64,000 nt of DNA, taken from NCBI GenBank assembly GCA_965205945.1, contig CBDBIB010000003.1, positions 384,394 through 448,393 on the forward strand, given 5' to 3'. The notes under the pieces are model-generated. The model searched no databases, was not told the origin of the DNA, and was given only the letters and a program-made list of their open reading frames with translations. A program made the translations under genes and the position numbers. Source of the stretch: Bdellovibrionales bacterium. GTDB taxonomy: Bacteria; Bdellovibrionota; Bdellovibrionia; Bdellovibrionales; UBA1609. Position 1 is the stretch's first letter. Every line of letters begins with the position of its first letter. Positions 41,527-52,026 of the stretch are shown in pieces.

Positions 41527-43944
41527 ATGGCTGAAGATAAGGATTTGAAAAAAAAGAACTCAAGCTCTGGGTATCGTAAAAGGCTTATTGCAAGTGATGA
41601 AATTAAAGCATTTTCTTCTTGGGTTAGGGATTGGCGATCTAAGAATTATTTTTTTAATACTATTTTTAGATTAAAGCATAAAAGCTTTAAGGCTGGGGGT
41701 GCTCTTTTTTGCCTTTTGTTTTCATTTGTATTTTCTTTTTTATTAACTTTTGAATTAGATCTTAACTCAACGGTAAAACTTGGAGAGGTGGCGGTTAGAA
41801 GTATCAGGGCTCCATTTGATTTTCAAGTAACTGATACAAGTGTTACAAAAACCAGTCAAGATAAAGCTGTTTCTCAGGTTCCATTAGTATTAGATTACTT
41901 TCCTAATACTTACGAAAAAATTCTTGAAGATGTTCGTGGCGTTTTCTTAGCTTACAGAGTAAAATTAAAAAAGCATCAAGATGATGAAAAGAGTTTTATT
42001 AAGCTTTATCAAAAAGACTTTGGAGAAAGCTTAGGGGTGTCGTTATCAGAACGAACTTTTAAATGGATTTTAAGAAATAATTTTAGTGAAGATATTCAAA
42101 ATATTGTCATAAAAGCTTTAGAGAGTTGGTCTACATCTTATATGATAGATAAGTCTATGCTAAACGAAGGCCTTAGCAATGGGTATGCTTTGGTGCGAAC
42201 CGTAGGGCATTCAGGTGGTGTAATTGGAGAAGAGCAGAAGCTAAATTTAGAAAGTATAAAGACTCTTGTTAGTTATGCAGGGTTAGATGAAAAATTAATG
42301 GGTGGAGAAAGGTTTAGTAAATATGATAAAAACAAGCTTGCAGAGTTTTTAAAACAGTTAAGGGTTTCAAATTTAAGTATCAATAGAAAACTATTCTCAC
42401 AAAGAAGAGCTGAGGCTAAGGAGAAAGTCCTTCCGGTTGTAATTTCTGTAAAGCAGAATCAGATTATCTTAAAAGAAGGGTCCTTAATTCAAGATCAAGA
42501 TGTCTTATTAGTTAGTGAGGTTTTAAGACTTAAACAAAGTTTAAAGAAAAGAAGTAAAATTTTAATTTTAACGTTACTTTTATTTTTGATACTTATAGTA
42601 GGAATTTCTCTTTTAAAGAAAAGATTTGACTTTAATATGCTTAAGGCAAGGCAAGATTTTTTAGTTTTGTTTTTGATTGGTATTATAGGCTTAACTATAA
42701 TAAAATTATCGATTTTCTTATTTGAAGGGGCCTTGTTTCAAAAATTTGGAAGCGTAATGCCGTCACAAGTGATTATTCTTCTATCTCCATTTGCTATGCT
42801 TTCTATGCTTGCGGCTCTTCTTTTAAAATCTCGTCAACTTTTATGGCTTTTTATAGTTTATTATTCAGTAGGTTTAAGTTTTTTAGTATCAGATAAGTTT
42901 TCATTTCTACTTATTTCTTTAGTAGCAAGTATGGCGGCTATTAGAGCTTTTTCAGTTTGTAAATCAAGAAAAGATTTTTATTTAGCAGGTTTTTTATCAG
43001 GTGTGGCTGTGGGAACTTTTGCTGTCTTAGTTTATGGTTTAAAGATTGAAAATTTTTCTGACTTAGGTCCCCTTGCTTTAGGTTTAATTTTTACAGCTTC
43101 AGTTGTAGGAGGGTTATTAAGTTCAATTTTTACAGTTACTTTGGTTCCTCTTTTTGAATCTGTTTTTGATATTATGACGGATTTAAAGCTTTTAGAGCTG
43201 TCATCGTTGTCACATCCGCTTTTAAAAAAATTAATGGTTCGAGCCCCTGGTACGTATCATCACTGTATGGTTGTGGGAAGTATGGTAGAGGCGGCATGTA
43301 ATGAAATTGGAGTAAATGGTTTACAGGCAAAAGTAATGGCTTACTTTCATGATGTTGGAAAAATGGAGCATGCTTCATACTTTATTGAAAATCAGAGAAA
43401 AAATATAAATCCACATGATAATATTTCACCTTATTTAAGTAAAACAATTATTATTGCTCATGTTAAAGACGGTGTTGAGATAGTGTCAAAATATAAGCTT
43501 GGAAAAGCTATAATAGCAGGTGTTAAAGAGCATCATGGAACAACATTAATTTCTTATTTTTACAACAGAGCATTAAAACGTGCTCAAGAGGGGCAGGCTG
43601 TTAAAGAGGACGAATTCAGGTACCCAGGTCCTAAACCTCAGTCAAAAGAATCTGCTATATTAATGATTGCTGATAGTATTGAAGCTGCAGCAAGAACCAT
43701 TGATGAACCCTCACCACTTAGAATTCAGAATTTAATTGATAACATGGTGGATTCAAAGTTCCAAGATGGCCAGTTAAATGAGTGTAATATTACTTTTTCA
43801 GAGCTTACAAAAATAAAAGCTGTTTTTTATAGAGTTCTTGTTGGTGTTTACCACCATAGAGTGGATTATGCAAAAGGCTCTACTGTTAAATCAAGTAAAG
43901 CTAAAGAGCCTCAAACTTTAAACTTAAGGAAATCTGGTAAGTAG
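41527..43944 (+). CDS. 7TM-HD (HDIG) membrane phosphohydrolase, PgpH-like
   Basis: Extracellular 7TMR-HDED region, 7 TM helices, APGTYHH, FHDVGK, EHHGT, FRYPGPKPQSKE, ADSIEAA. Confidence 0.9.
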   Translation: MAEDKDLKKKNSSSGYRKRLIASDEIKAFSSWVRDWRSKNYFFNTIFRLKHKSFKAGGALFCLLFSFVFSFLLTFELDLNSTVKLGEVAVRSIRAPFDFQVTDTSVTKTSQDKAVSQVPLVLDYFPNTYEKILEDVRGVFLAYRVKLKKHQDDEKSFIKLYQKDFGESLGVSLSERTFKWILRNNFSEDIQNIVIKALESWSTSYMIDKSMLNEGLSNGYALVRTVGHSGGVIGEEQKLNLESIKTLVSYAGLDEKLMGGERFSKYDKNKLAEFLKQLRVSNLSINRKLFSQRRAEAKEKVLPVVISVKQNQIILKEGSLIQDQDVLLVSEVLRLKQSLKKRSKILILTLLLFLILIVGISLLKKRFDFNMLKARQDFLVLFLIGIIGLTIIKLSIFLFEGALFQKFGSVMPSQVIILLSPFAMLSMLAALLLKSRQLLWLFIVYYSVGLSFLVSDKFSFLLISLVASMAAIRAFSVCKSRKDFYLAGFLSGVAVGTFAVLVYGLKIENFSDLGPLALGLIFTASVVGGLLSSIFTVTLVPLFESVFDIMTDLKLLELSSLSHPLLKKLMVRAPGTYHHCMVVGSMVEAACNEIGVNGLQAKVMAYFHDVGKMEHASYFIENQRKNINPHDNISPYLSKTIIIAHVKDGVEIVSKYKLGKAIIAGVKEHHGTTLISYFYNRALKRAQEGQAVKEDEFRYPGPKPQSKESAILMIADSIEAAARTIDEPSPLRIQNLIDNMVDSKFQDGQLNECNITFSELTKIKAVFYRVLVGVYHHRVDYAKGSTVKSSKAKEPQTLNLRKSGK

Positions 43945-44432
43945 TGATTAAAGCAGAGTTCTTAGTACTTACAAAAAATGAGCGTATTTATAAGGAATTT
44001 TTGAATAAATGGTTTATACAGGTTCAAAAGATATTAATACAAGAAAAAGGCCTTCAAAATAAAAAAAATCTTCAAACTATAGAAATGTCTTTAGTTTTTG
44101 TTACAAAAAAGCGAATTAAAAAACTTAATAAAGAGTTTAGATTAAAGAATAAGGAAACAGATGTGTTGTCCTTTAATGGAGATAAGGTGGTTTCTTTAGG
44201 GGAACTGATCTTTTGTATAGAAGTGATTAAAGATAGAGCTAAAAAAATTAAACTTCCCATTAAATGCTATTTAGCTATGTTAATGACCCATGGGGTATTG
44301 CACCTTTTAGGTTATAATCATGAATTCAGCGAGCTTAAAGAGCTTAAAATGTTTAAGCTTCAGAATAAAATTATGAGAAAAGTTGCAGCAAAACTTGCGC
44401 CTAAACATAAAACGTTCTTTGATATCCTTTAA
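43944..44432 (+). CDS. ybeY: rRNA maturation endoribonuclease YbeY
   Basis: LN.EFR.KNK.TDVLSF, HGVLHLLGYNHE. Confidence 0.95.
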   Translation: MIKAEFLVLTKNERIYKEFLNKWFIQVQKILIQEKGLQNKKNLQTIEMSLVFVTKKRIKKLNKEFRLKNKETDVLSFNGDKVVSLGELIFCIEVIKDRAKKIKLPIKCYLAMLMTHGVLHLLGYNHEFSELKELKMFKLQNKIMRKVAAKLAPKHKTFFDIL

Positions 44433-44459
44433 AATAAAATTAATAAGGAGCCTTTATTC

Positions 44460-45579
44460 ATGGCAGTTCAAGTAGAAGCTTTAGATGTAGAGCGGAGTTT
44501 AAAAAAAATACTTTTTAAGTTAGATGAGCTTAGGGGGTTTCTTTGAGATATCTAAAAAAGAAAAAAGAATTAAAGATTTAGAAGAAAAATCACAAAGTTC
44601 TAAAATTTGGGCCAACCCTAAAGAAATAGAAAAACTCAATAAAGAAAAAGCGTCGCTAAATATTATTGTTATGGAGTTTTTAAATCTTAAAAATAAAGTT
44701 GATGATGCAGCGGTTTTATTAGAGATGGCCGTTGAAGATGAAAATGAGGATGACTTTTTAGAGGCAAAATCTGAAGTATTTAAGGCACAAGCAATGTTAA
44801 AAGTTTTAGAAACAAAAAGACTTTTAGGCAAAGAAACAGATTCAAATTCATCGTATTTAACAATCAACGCAGGGGCCGGTGGAACGGAGGCCTGTGATTG
44901 GGTAAATATGCTTTTTAGAATGTATTTAAGATATGCAGGTCAAATGGGGTTTAAACTAGAGGTTTTAGGGGTTACAGAAGGTGAGGAAGCAGGTTTAAAG
45001 TCAATCACTTGTTTGATTAAAGGTTTATACGCCTATGGTTTTTTAAAAAATGAAATTGGTGTTCATAGACTTGTAAGAATTAGTCCCTTTGATTCAAATG
45101 CTAAAAGGCATACAAGTTTTGCTTCAATTTTTGCATGGCCTGAAGTGGATGATAATATTGATATTGATATTAAAACAAGCGACTTAAAGGTGGATACTTA
45201 TAGGGCCAGTGGATCTGGTGGGCAGCATATTAATAAAACCGATTCTGCAGTTAGATTAACTCACAAACCATCAGGTGTTGTTGTTCAATGTCAAAAAGAA
45301 CGATCTCAACATGGGAATAAAGATAGAGCAATAAAGATGTTAAGGGCAGCTTTATATGAGCTGGAATTAAAAAAGAAACAGGAACAAAAAGACGAGATTG
45401 CATCTGGTAAAAAAATTAATGAATGGGGGAGTCAAATAAGATCATATGTTTTACACCCATATAGAAGGGTTAAAGACCATAGATCAAATTATGAATCATC
45501 AGCGGCAGACAAGGTTTTAGATGGGGAACTTCAGGGTTTTATAGATGCTGAACTTAGGCGATCAGCAGGGGATTTATGA
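44460..45579 (+). CDS. prfB: Peptide chain release factor 2, expressed by programmed +1 frameshift
   Basis: ATG at 44460 (AAGGAG SD), MAVQVE...LRGFL, then AGGGGG-TTT-CTT-TGA-G at 44532-44547. The +1 frame has SPF and GGQ. Confidence 0.96.
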
Positions 45580-46814
45580 AGAATTTTTGGTTTATTAGTA
45601 TTGTCATTAAACTCAGTGGCCTTATAAGGCCACTGACATTGTCAAGTTTTTTATCAGTTTTGAGTTTAAGCATTGGAGTTGCAACGTTATTAATTTCTAT
45701 GGCGTTAGTAGACAGTTATGAAAAATCGTTTAAAGAAAGTATTCAATCAATATTTTCACATATTATAATTACTCTTAATCATGATTCTAAAATGACAGTT
45801 TCTGAAATTAAAAAGGAGCTTTTAAAAGAGTATAAAGAAAGCGCATTTTTTTCAGAATTTCATGAAAAAGAAGGACTTTTAGCCCATAATGGTAAGGTTT
45901 CAGGTGTAGTGTTAGAAGGGGTGAATTTAAAGACTATTAGGAATGTTCTTGATTTTAAATCAAAAGTAATTAAAGGAGAGTTTGTTCTTGATGCTAAAGG
46001 TATGGGTAAGGCTCCAAGGGTGTTAATTGGGAAAGAGATATCTAAAAAATTTAATTTATTTCCAGGCAAAGTTTTTTCAGTGGTTATTCCTCAGGTGAGT
46101 TATAGTGGAGGGGATCAATTTTCTAGGAAAATATTTACTTATAAGGTAGGCGGGGTTATTGACTTAGGAAATCATACTTATAATAAACGATATATTGTAA
46201 TGGATAAGAGTCATGTTAACAAAGCTAGTGGTAAGGGGAAGGATTATTTTTCTCAAATTAGAGTAAAGCTTAGTGACGCAGCTGATGCTAAAATATTTAA
46301 ATCTAGAATTATAGAGGCTTTCCCTGAAAAATATTGGGTGAAATCTTGGCAAGATCAAAGCGGAGGTCTTTTAGAGGCCATTAAGGTTGAAAGATGGGTT
46401 ATTTTTTTTCTTGTGCTTATCATGGTTATTGTTGCAGCTTTTAATGTGAGTACGAATTTATATTTAAATTTAGCCAAGAGATTAAAAGAATTTTCAATTT
46501 TACAAACAATAGGGATCTCTAAAAATAAAATTTCAAAGTTTATGATTTTAAATGGATTTTTATTAGCATGTATGGGGATTTTTTTTGGATTAATCATATC
46601 AGTTGTTATTATAAATTTTTGTAATTATCTTTTGGCTAGTGGGGCATTTATTCCTCCACAAGTGTATAAGTTAACATCCATTAAAATTGAACTTACATGG
46701 TCTAAAGTTTTAGTTGTTAGTGGTGCCACCTTTGTTCTGTGCTTCTTAGCTTCGTTGGCCCCTGCACTTAGTGTGTTAAAACTTTCTATTGTAAAAGGAT
46801 TGCGTTATGAATAA
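45576..46814 (+). CDS. Lipoprotein-releasing ABC transporter permease (LolC/E family)
   Basis: MacB/FtsX architecture, VAAFNV, VY; followed by lolD. Confidence 0.88.
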   Translation: MKNFWFISIVIKLSGLIRPLTLSSFLSVLSLSIGVATLLISMALVDSYEKSFKESIQSIFSHIIITLNHDSKMTVSEIKKELLKEYKESAFFSEFHEKEGLLAHNGKVSGVVLEGVNLKTIRNVLDFKSKVIKGEFVLDAKGMGKAPRVLIGKEISKKFNLFPGKVFSVVIPQVSYSGGDQFSRKIFTYKVGGVIDLGNHTYNKRYIVMDKSHVNKASGKGKDYFSQIRVKLSDAADAKIFKSRIIEAFPEKYWVKSWQDQSGGLLEAIKVERWVIFFLVLIMVIVAAFNVSTNLYLNLAKRLKEFSILQTIGISKNKISKFMILNGFLLACMGIFFGLIISVVIINFCNYLLASGAFIPPQVYKLTSIKIELTWSKVLVVSGATFVLCFLASLAPALSVLKLSIVKGLRYE

Positions 46815-47478
46815 TCTTCTTCAAGTTAAAAATGTTACAAAAGTATTTCAATCAGGCTTGCAGACTATACCTGTGTTAAATAATTTAGACCTGTCTCTTA
46901 TAAAAGGGGAGTCATTAGTAATTTTTGGTGGTTCAGGTGCGGGTAAATCAACACTTCTTCATATTATAGGGACTCTTGAAACTCCAACATCAGGAAATAT
47001 TTATTTTCATGGTGAGGATATTAGTTGTTGGAATGATTTAAAGCTGTCGGTTTTTAGAAATAAGAACTTAGGTTTTGTCTTTCAGTTTCACTATTTGTTA
47101 AATGAGTTTACAGCTTTAGAAAATGTGGCTATGCCGGCAAGAATAGGGGGGGAGGCAAAAAGTGAAAGCCTTAAAAAAGCAGAAGCTTTGCTAGTTTCCT
47201 TAGGAATGGGGCATAGAAAAAACCACTTTCCCAACGCATTAAGCGGTGGGGAACAACAAAGGGTGGCCATTGCTAGGGCGTTAATTATGAATCCAAGTTT
47301 AATTTTAGCAGATGAACCAACAGGAAATTTAGATAAAGCAAACTCTAGAATTATACAGGATTTATTTTTAAAAGTTGTAGAGGAGTTTAAGGTAGGCCTT
47401 ATAGTTGTGACTCATGATCAAAAGTTTGCAGAGGTTTTTGCTCGAACAAAGACTATGAAAGATGGTGTCTGGGTTTAG
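46807..47478 (+). CDS. lolD: Lipoprotein-releasing ABC transporter ATPase
   Basis: [40 protein letters not shown]. Confidence 0.9.
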   Translation: MNNLLQVKNVTKVFQSGLQTIPVLNNLDLSLIKGESLVIFGGSGAGKSTLLHIIGTLETPTSGNIYFHGEDISCWNDLKLSVFRNKNLGFVFQFHYLLNEFTALENVAMPARIGGEAKSESLKKAEALLVSLGMGHRKNHFPNALSGGEQQRVAIARALIMNPSLILADEPTGNLDKANSRIIQDLFLKVVEEFKVGLIVVTHDQKFAEVFARTKTMKDGVWV

Positions 47479-47866
47479 TCAGGTGAAAATAGCTATTTAA
47501 GATACTTTTAAACAGAAGAAATATGAATTTGTAGTCTAAAGTAAGCAGTGCTCTTTTAATGACATTAAGTATCAACGTGACTCTTAATCTAGGGCACAAG
47601 CCATATAATTAGGAATAATAGTTAAAAGAATTTAATTAGTGGGATCATTACTAAGGTATTTTACCAAAAGTTCATCCTAGATGAGGTTGAGCAAAAAGAC
47701 TATGGAGTAAACAATAAATAAGCTTTAAATCTGATTTTTCTAGATTTACCTGTGAGAAGGGGATTAAGTTCTTGTAAATAAAAAAGAATTTTTATGACAA
47801 CCCACATTAAAATTATAAAATTTTCACTGTTCCTACACAAGATTCTTAACTATAGTCTAGCCCTGT

Positions 47867-50200
47867 ATGTCCATATTAGTAAAAGTTTTGTTTATTTTTT
47901 ATCTTTTATTTGGAGTGATTTTTACGGCTCAAGCTAAGCAGCTAACGAAAGTAAACGTTAGCGGGAACCTTCGTATTGAGACGGCATCAATTCTAGATAA
48001 AGTTTTTTTACGTAAAGGAAGTGTCTTTACAAATGCTAAAGCTACTAAGGATGTTAAAAGTCTTTTTAAAACAGGTTTTTTTTATGATATTAAGGTTGAT
48101 CTTACAGGGACCGTACTTACTTATAGAGTTGTTGAAAAACCTATAATTAAAGAAATTAAATATATTGGAAACAGTGAATTTAACAATAGTGATTTATCAG
48201 AAACAACTAAAATCAACCCAAACCAACTTTTAGATATTAAGAAAATAAACTTTGCTATTAGGGAGGTTAAAAAAAAGTATGAGGAAAAAGGGTACTTTCT
48301 TGTTAAAGTTGATTATGAGGTTAAAAAGGGTAAAGAGGGTGAAGTTGAGCTGTTGATTTTTAATATTAATGAAGGTGATAAAGTTAAGATTAAAAAGGTT
48401 AATCTTATTGGGAATAAGGCTTTATCTGATGAAAAAATTAAAAGTTTAATGGCAACTAGAGAGCAAGGTCTTTTTGGAATGTCGGGCTCATTTCAAAGTG
48501 AGACTCTTAGGCGAGATCAAGAAGTTATTGGATATATATATCGTAATAAAGGCTATGCTCAAGTAAAGGTTTCTTTAGCAAAGGTTTTTCTTACTAGAGA
48601 TAAGCGCGGAATGATAATAACATACCATATTGAAGAGGGGTTAAAATATAAAATTGGTAAGGTCTCTTTTTCAGGAGATGTTGATTTTGTAGAAGAGGAT
48701 CTTTTAAAAGAAATAAAAATTGATGAGCAAGAGTATTTTTCTCAAGCTATACTCCTTAAAGATATTGCAAAGCTACAAGCAAAGTACGGTGATAGTGGGT
48801 ATGCTTATACAAATGTTGTTCCTCTTCCTGAGATATCAGATGAATTAAAAGTAATTGGTATTACTTTTAATATTAAAAAAGGTGAGCAGATTAAAATTGG
48901 TGAGATTAATATTGTTGGAAACACAAATACTAGAGATAAAGTTTTAAGAAGAGAACTTAGAATTTTTGAAGGAGAACTTTACAACGAAACAGAAAAAAGA
49001 AAATCTTTAGCAAATGTTAGAAGGCTAGGTTTTTTTGATAGTGTTGAGTTCCAAAACAAAGTGTCTCCTTATGGGTCTCATATTATGGATCTTAATATAA
49101 AAGTAAAAGAGCGTTCCACAGGGCAGCTTAATATTGGTGCAGGTTATGGGGGATTTCAAGGCTTTACTCTTCAAGGCTCTGTTCAACAGGCTAATTTTTT
49201 GGGTAAGGGCATAAATTTTGGATTAAATATTAATTACTCTAAAAAAAGACAACAATTGTTTAATTTAAATGTTGTAGATCCTTATTTTAGAGATACAGAT
49301 TATAGCGTAGGCTTTGAGGCCTTTAACTCTCGAAGCCAGGTCATAGATTATCAAAGTGAAAAAACAGGTAGTGGGTTAACCATTGGTCGAAAATATGGGG
49401 ATTTTTTAAGAGCCTCACTACATTATAGATTTCAAAAAGTAGATCTAGATTTAGATAACAATGTGTTTACGGACGAGGCAGATCCAAATGCAAACCCCCC
49501 TGTGGATGAGCTTTACACACAGAGTAGGGTAGAGGAAGCAAGGGGGTATTCTAGTGGGTTAACTGGAAGTATTTCTTATGATAAGAGAAATGATCGACAG
49601 TTTCCTACTAAGGGCTACTATGCAAGAGCATCTGTTGAACAAACAGGAATCGGTGGAACGTTAAATTTTATAAAAACAGACTTGAATTTTAGATACTACA
49701 AACCTTTAATTGGCAGTTTAGTTTGGAGAAATAATTTAAATTATGGATGGGTAGGAAGCACACGTGATCAAGTTCCATTTAATGAGCTTTATAGGCTAGG
49801 CAGTCCTGATACCGTTAGAGGTTATGGTTTTTTTACCATTGCTGAGACTCGTTACTCAAAACAAGCATATAATGCTGCAGTGGCTAAGGGGTTTAGTGCG
49901 TTAGAAGCTGAGGCCAGAGCCAATATTCCCTTTGGTGGGACTCAACAGTTTTTTTATAATATTGAACTTGAATGGGCTTTGGTTAAAGAAGCAGGGATTA
50001 AAGGGGTTGTATTTTTTGATATAGGTATGTCCCATGGAAGTTTTAAAATTAGTGCCTTAAAAAGTGCATATGGCTTTGGTTTTAGATGGAATTCACCAAT
50101 GGGGCCTCTTAGATTTGAATGGGCTTTTGCCATTGACCCAAACAAAGAAATTGGTGAGAAAAGTCAAGATTTCCAATTTTCTATTTTACAGTCGTTTTAG
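47867..50200 (+). CDS. bamA: Outer membrane protein assembly factor BamA
   Basis: POTRA repeats, VRGY, W.SPMGPLRF, terminal Phe. Confidence 0.96.
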   Translation: MSILVKVLFIFYLLFGVIFTAQAKQLTKVNVSGNLRIETASILDKVFLRKGSVFTNAKATKDVKSLFKTGFFYDIKVDLTGTVLTYRVVEKPIIKEIKYIGNSEFNNSDLSETTKINPNQLLDIKKINFAIREVKKKYEEKGYFLVKVDYEVKKGKEGEVELLIFNINEGDKVKIKKVNLIGNKALSDEKIKSLMATREQGLFGMSGSFQSETLRRDQEVIGYIYRNKGYAQVKVSLAKVFLTRDKRGMIITYHIEEGLKYKIGKVSFSGDVDFVEEDLLKEIKIDEQEYFSQAILLKDIAKLQAKYGDSGYAYTNVVPLPEISDELKVIGITFNIKKGEQIKIGEINIVGNTNTRDKVLRRELRIFEGELYNETEKRKSLANVRRLGFFDSVEFQNKVSPYGSHIMDLNIKVKERSTGQLNIGAGYGGFQGFTLQGSVQQANFLGKGINFGLNINYSKKRQQLFNLNVVDPYFRDTDYSVGFEAFNSRSQVIDYQSEKTGSGLTIGRKYGDFLRASLHYRFQKVDLDLDNNVFTDEADPNANPPVDELYTQSRVEEARGYSSGLTGSISYDKRNDRQFPTKGYYARASVEQTGIGGTLNFIKTDLNFRYYKPLIGSLVWRNNLNYGWVGSTRDQVPFNELYRLGSPDTVRGYGFFTIAETRYSKQAYNAAVAKGFSALEAEARANIPFGGTQQFFYNIELEWALVKEAGIKGVVFFDIGMSHGSFKISALKSAYGFGFRWNSPMGPLRFEWAFAIDPNKEIGEKSQDFQFSILQSF

Positions 50201-50246
50201 TTAAAAATTTATATTAAGATTTAAAATAATTTTAAAGGAGATAAAC

Positions 50247-50741
50247 ATGAAAATAAAAATTTTACTATTAACTTTAGTTTTATCGTTGGCAGTGATTGTA
50301 AACGCAAAAATTGGTTATGTAGATATGCAAAAAGCAATTACAGAAACTAAAAATGGAAAAAAAGCCTTTAAGAAGTTAAAATCTTTTCAAGCTTTAAAAC
50401 AAAAAGAATTAGATAAAAAAAAGGCTTCTATGGAGAAAGAAAGTGCTGAGCTTAAGAAGAAGTTTGATGTTTACTCAGATGAGAAAAAAATGCAGGTTCA
50501 ACAAGATTTTCAAAAAAAAGCAATAGCGGCTGAACAATATTTTAGAGAATCACAAGCGGAACTTCAGAAGAAAGAAAAAGACTTGCTAGAACCTGTTATT
50601 AAAGGACTTAGAGAGTCTATTTCTAAATTTGCTGAAGAAAAGAATTATGTAATGATTTTTGAAAAAAATGGAAGTGCTCTTTTATTTGCTACTAAAAGTT
50701 TGGATTTAACATCTCAGATTGTTAAGGCTTACGAGAAATAA
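50247..50741 (+). CDS. skp: Periplasmic chaperone Skp/OmpH
   Basis: KIGYVDMQKAI, coiled coil, DLT..IV; follows bamA. Confidence 0.92.
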   Translation: MKIKILLLTLVLSLAVIVNAKIGYVDMQKAITETKNGKKAFKKLKSFQALKQKELDKKKASMEKESAELKKKFDVYSDEKKMQVQQDFQKKAIAAEQYFRESQAELQKKEKDLLEPVIKGLRESISKFAEEKNYVMIFEKNGSALLFATKSLDLTSQIVKAYEK

Positions 50742-50750
50742 GGGTTTTTT

Positions 50751-51215
50751 ATGTTAAACGAGAAAAGTTTTACATTAGATGAAATAAAAAAAATTCTACC
50801 TCATAGGTATCCTTTTTTACTGGTTGATAGGGTTATTTCAATAAAGGAGGGTCCTTTACCGGATAGCTGTGAAGGGCGTGTTTTAAAGGCATTAAAAAAT
50901 GTAACAGTAAATGAAGAGTTTTTTAATGGTCACTTTCCATATAAGCCAATAATGCCAGGGGTTTTAATTCTAGAGGCCATGGCTCAGGCTGGAGCACTAG
51001 CAAACTACTCTGCCTTAGATCCTCATATGGAGTTTATGATAGCTTCTATTAATGATGCAAAATTTAGGAAACCCGTTATTCCTGGGGATCAATTGATTCT
51101 GCATGCTCATATTTATAAGGTTAAGGGTAAAATTAAAAAAATAAACTGTAGAGCTAAGGTGGATGGTAAAATTGCTGCTGAGGCTCAAATTATGGCGGTA
51201 GCACAACCAAGGTAG
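50751..51215 (+). CDS. fabZ: 3-hydroxyacyl-ACP dehydratase
   Basis: LPHRYPFLLVDRV, FNGHFP..PIMPGVLILEAMAQ. Confidence 0.97.
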   Translation: MLNEKSFTLDEIKKILPHRYPFLLVDRVISIKEGPLPDSCEGRVLKALKNVTVNEEFFNGHFPYKPIMPGVLILEAMAQAGALANYSALDPHMEFMIASINDAKFRKPVIPGDQLILHAHIYKVKGKIKKINCRAKVDGKIAAEAQIMAVAQPR

Positions 51216-51222
51216 GATACAG

Positions 51223-52011
51223 ATGAAAGTTCATGATACAGCCTTTATTGATTCACAAGCTAAAATTGGACAGAATGTTTTTATTGGTCCTGGGGCGGTG
51301 GTTTTAGGAAACACTACAATTGGAGATGATTGTTATTTGCATAATCATTCAACTGTAGGATCTAAAGAGTGCACAACGGTTCTTGGAAAAGCAAATATTG
51401 TGTTTCAAGGGGCTGTTATCGGAGGGGTTCCTCAAGATTTAAAGTATGCTGGTGAGAATACTAAGCTTATCGTTGGAGACAATAATAAATTTAGAGAAAG
51501 TGTTACTGTAAACACAGGAACAGTGGTAGGTGGTAGCCTTACTCAAATTGGAAATAATAATTTGATTATGGCATACTGTCATATAGCTCATGATTGTATT
51601 TTAGGTGATCATATTGTTGTTGCTAATTCATCTAACTTTGCAGGACATGTTGTGGTTGAAAATCATGTAAAAATAGGTGGTGTGTGTAGTTTTAATCAAT
51701 TTGTAAATATTGGGGCTTATTCTTATATAGCAGGGGAAAGTTCAGTAAATAAAGATATTATTCCATATACTATTGCAAGAGGTAACTATGCCATATCAAC
51801 AGTAACTAATAAAATTGGCTTAGAGCGTGCTGGTTTTAATCAGGAAGAGATTGCAGGGGTTCATCGAGCCATTCGAGTTATTTTAAAAGGAAGTGAGACA
51901 ATTGAAAAATCAATTGAAACTCTCTTAGAGCAGACTGAAGGCATACCAAATGTTTTTGTTAATCACTTGATTAAATTTATTCAAAAATCTAAACGTGGTG
52001 TGGCCAGGTAG
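51223..52011 (+). CDS. lpxA: UDP-N-acetylglucosamine O-acyltransferase
   Basis: Hexapeptide repeats, PQDLKY, MAYCHIAHDC, N.IGLERAGF. Confidence 0.96.
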   Translation: MKVHDTAFIDSQAKIGQNVFIGPGAVVLGNTTIGDDCYLHNHSTVGSKECTTVLGKANIVFQGAVIGGVPQDLKYAGENTKLIVGDNNKFRESVTVNTGTVVGGSLTQIGNNNLIMAYCHIAHDCILGDHIVVANSSNFAGHVVVENHVKIGGVCSFNQFVNIGAYSYIAGESSVNKDIIPYTIARGNYAISTVTNKIGLERAGFNQEEIAGVHRAIRVILKGSETIEKSIETLLEQTEGIPNVFVNHLIKFIQKSKRGVAR

Positions 52012-52026
52012 ATTAGGTATTTAACT

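Noticed and set aside
50741..50751. Absence of lpxD between skp and fabZ (and of lnt/lysS near prfB) as gene loss
   Set aside because: These genes may lie elsewhere in the genome; one window cannot show loss.
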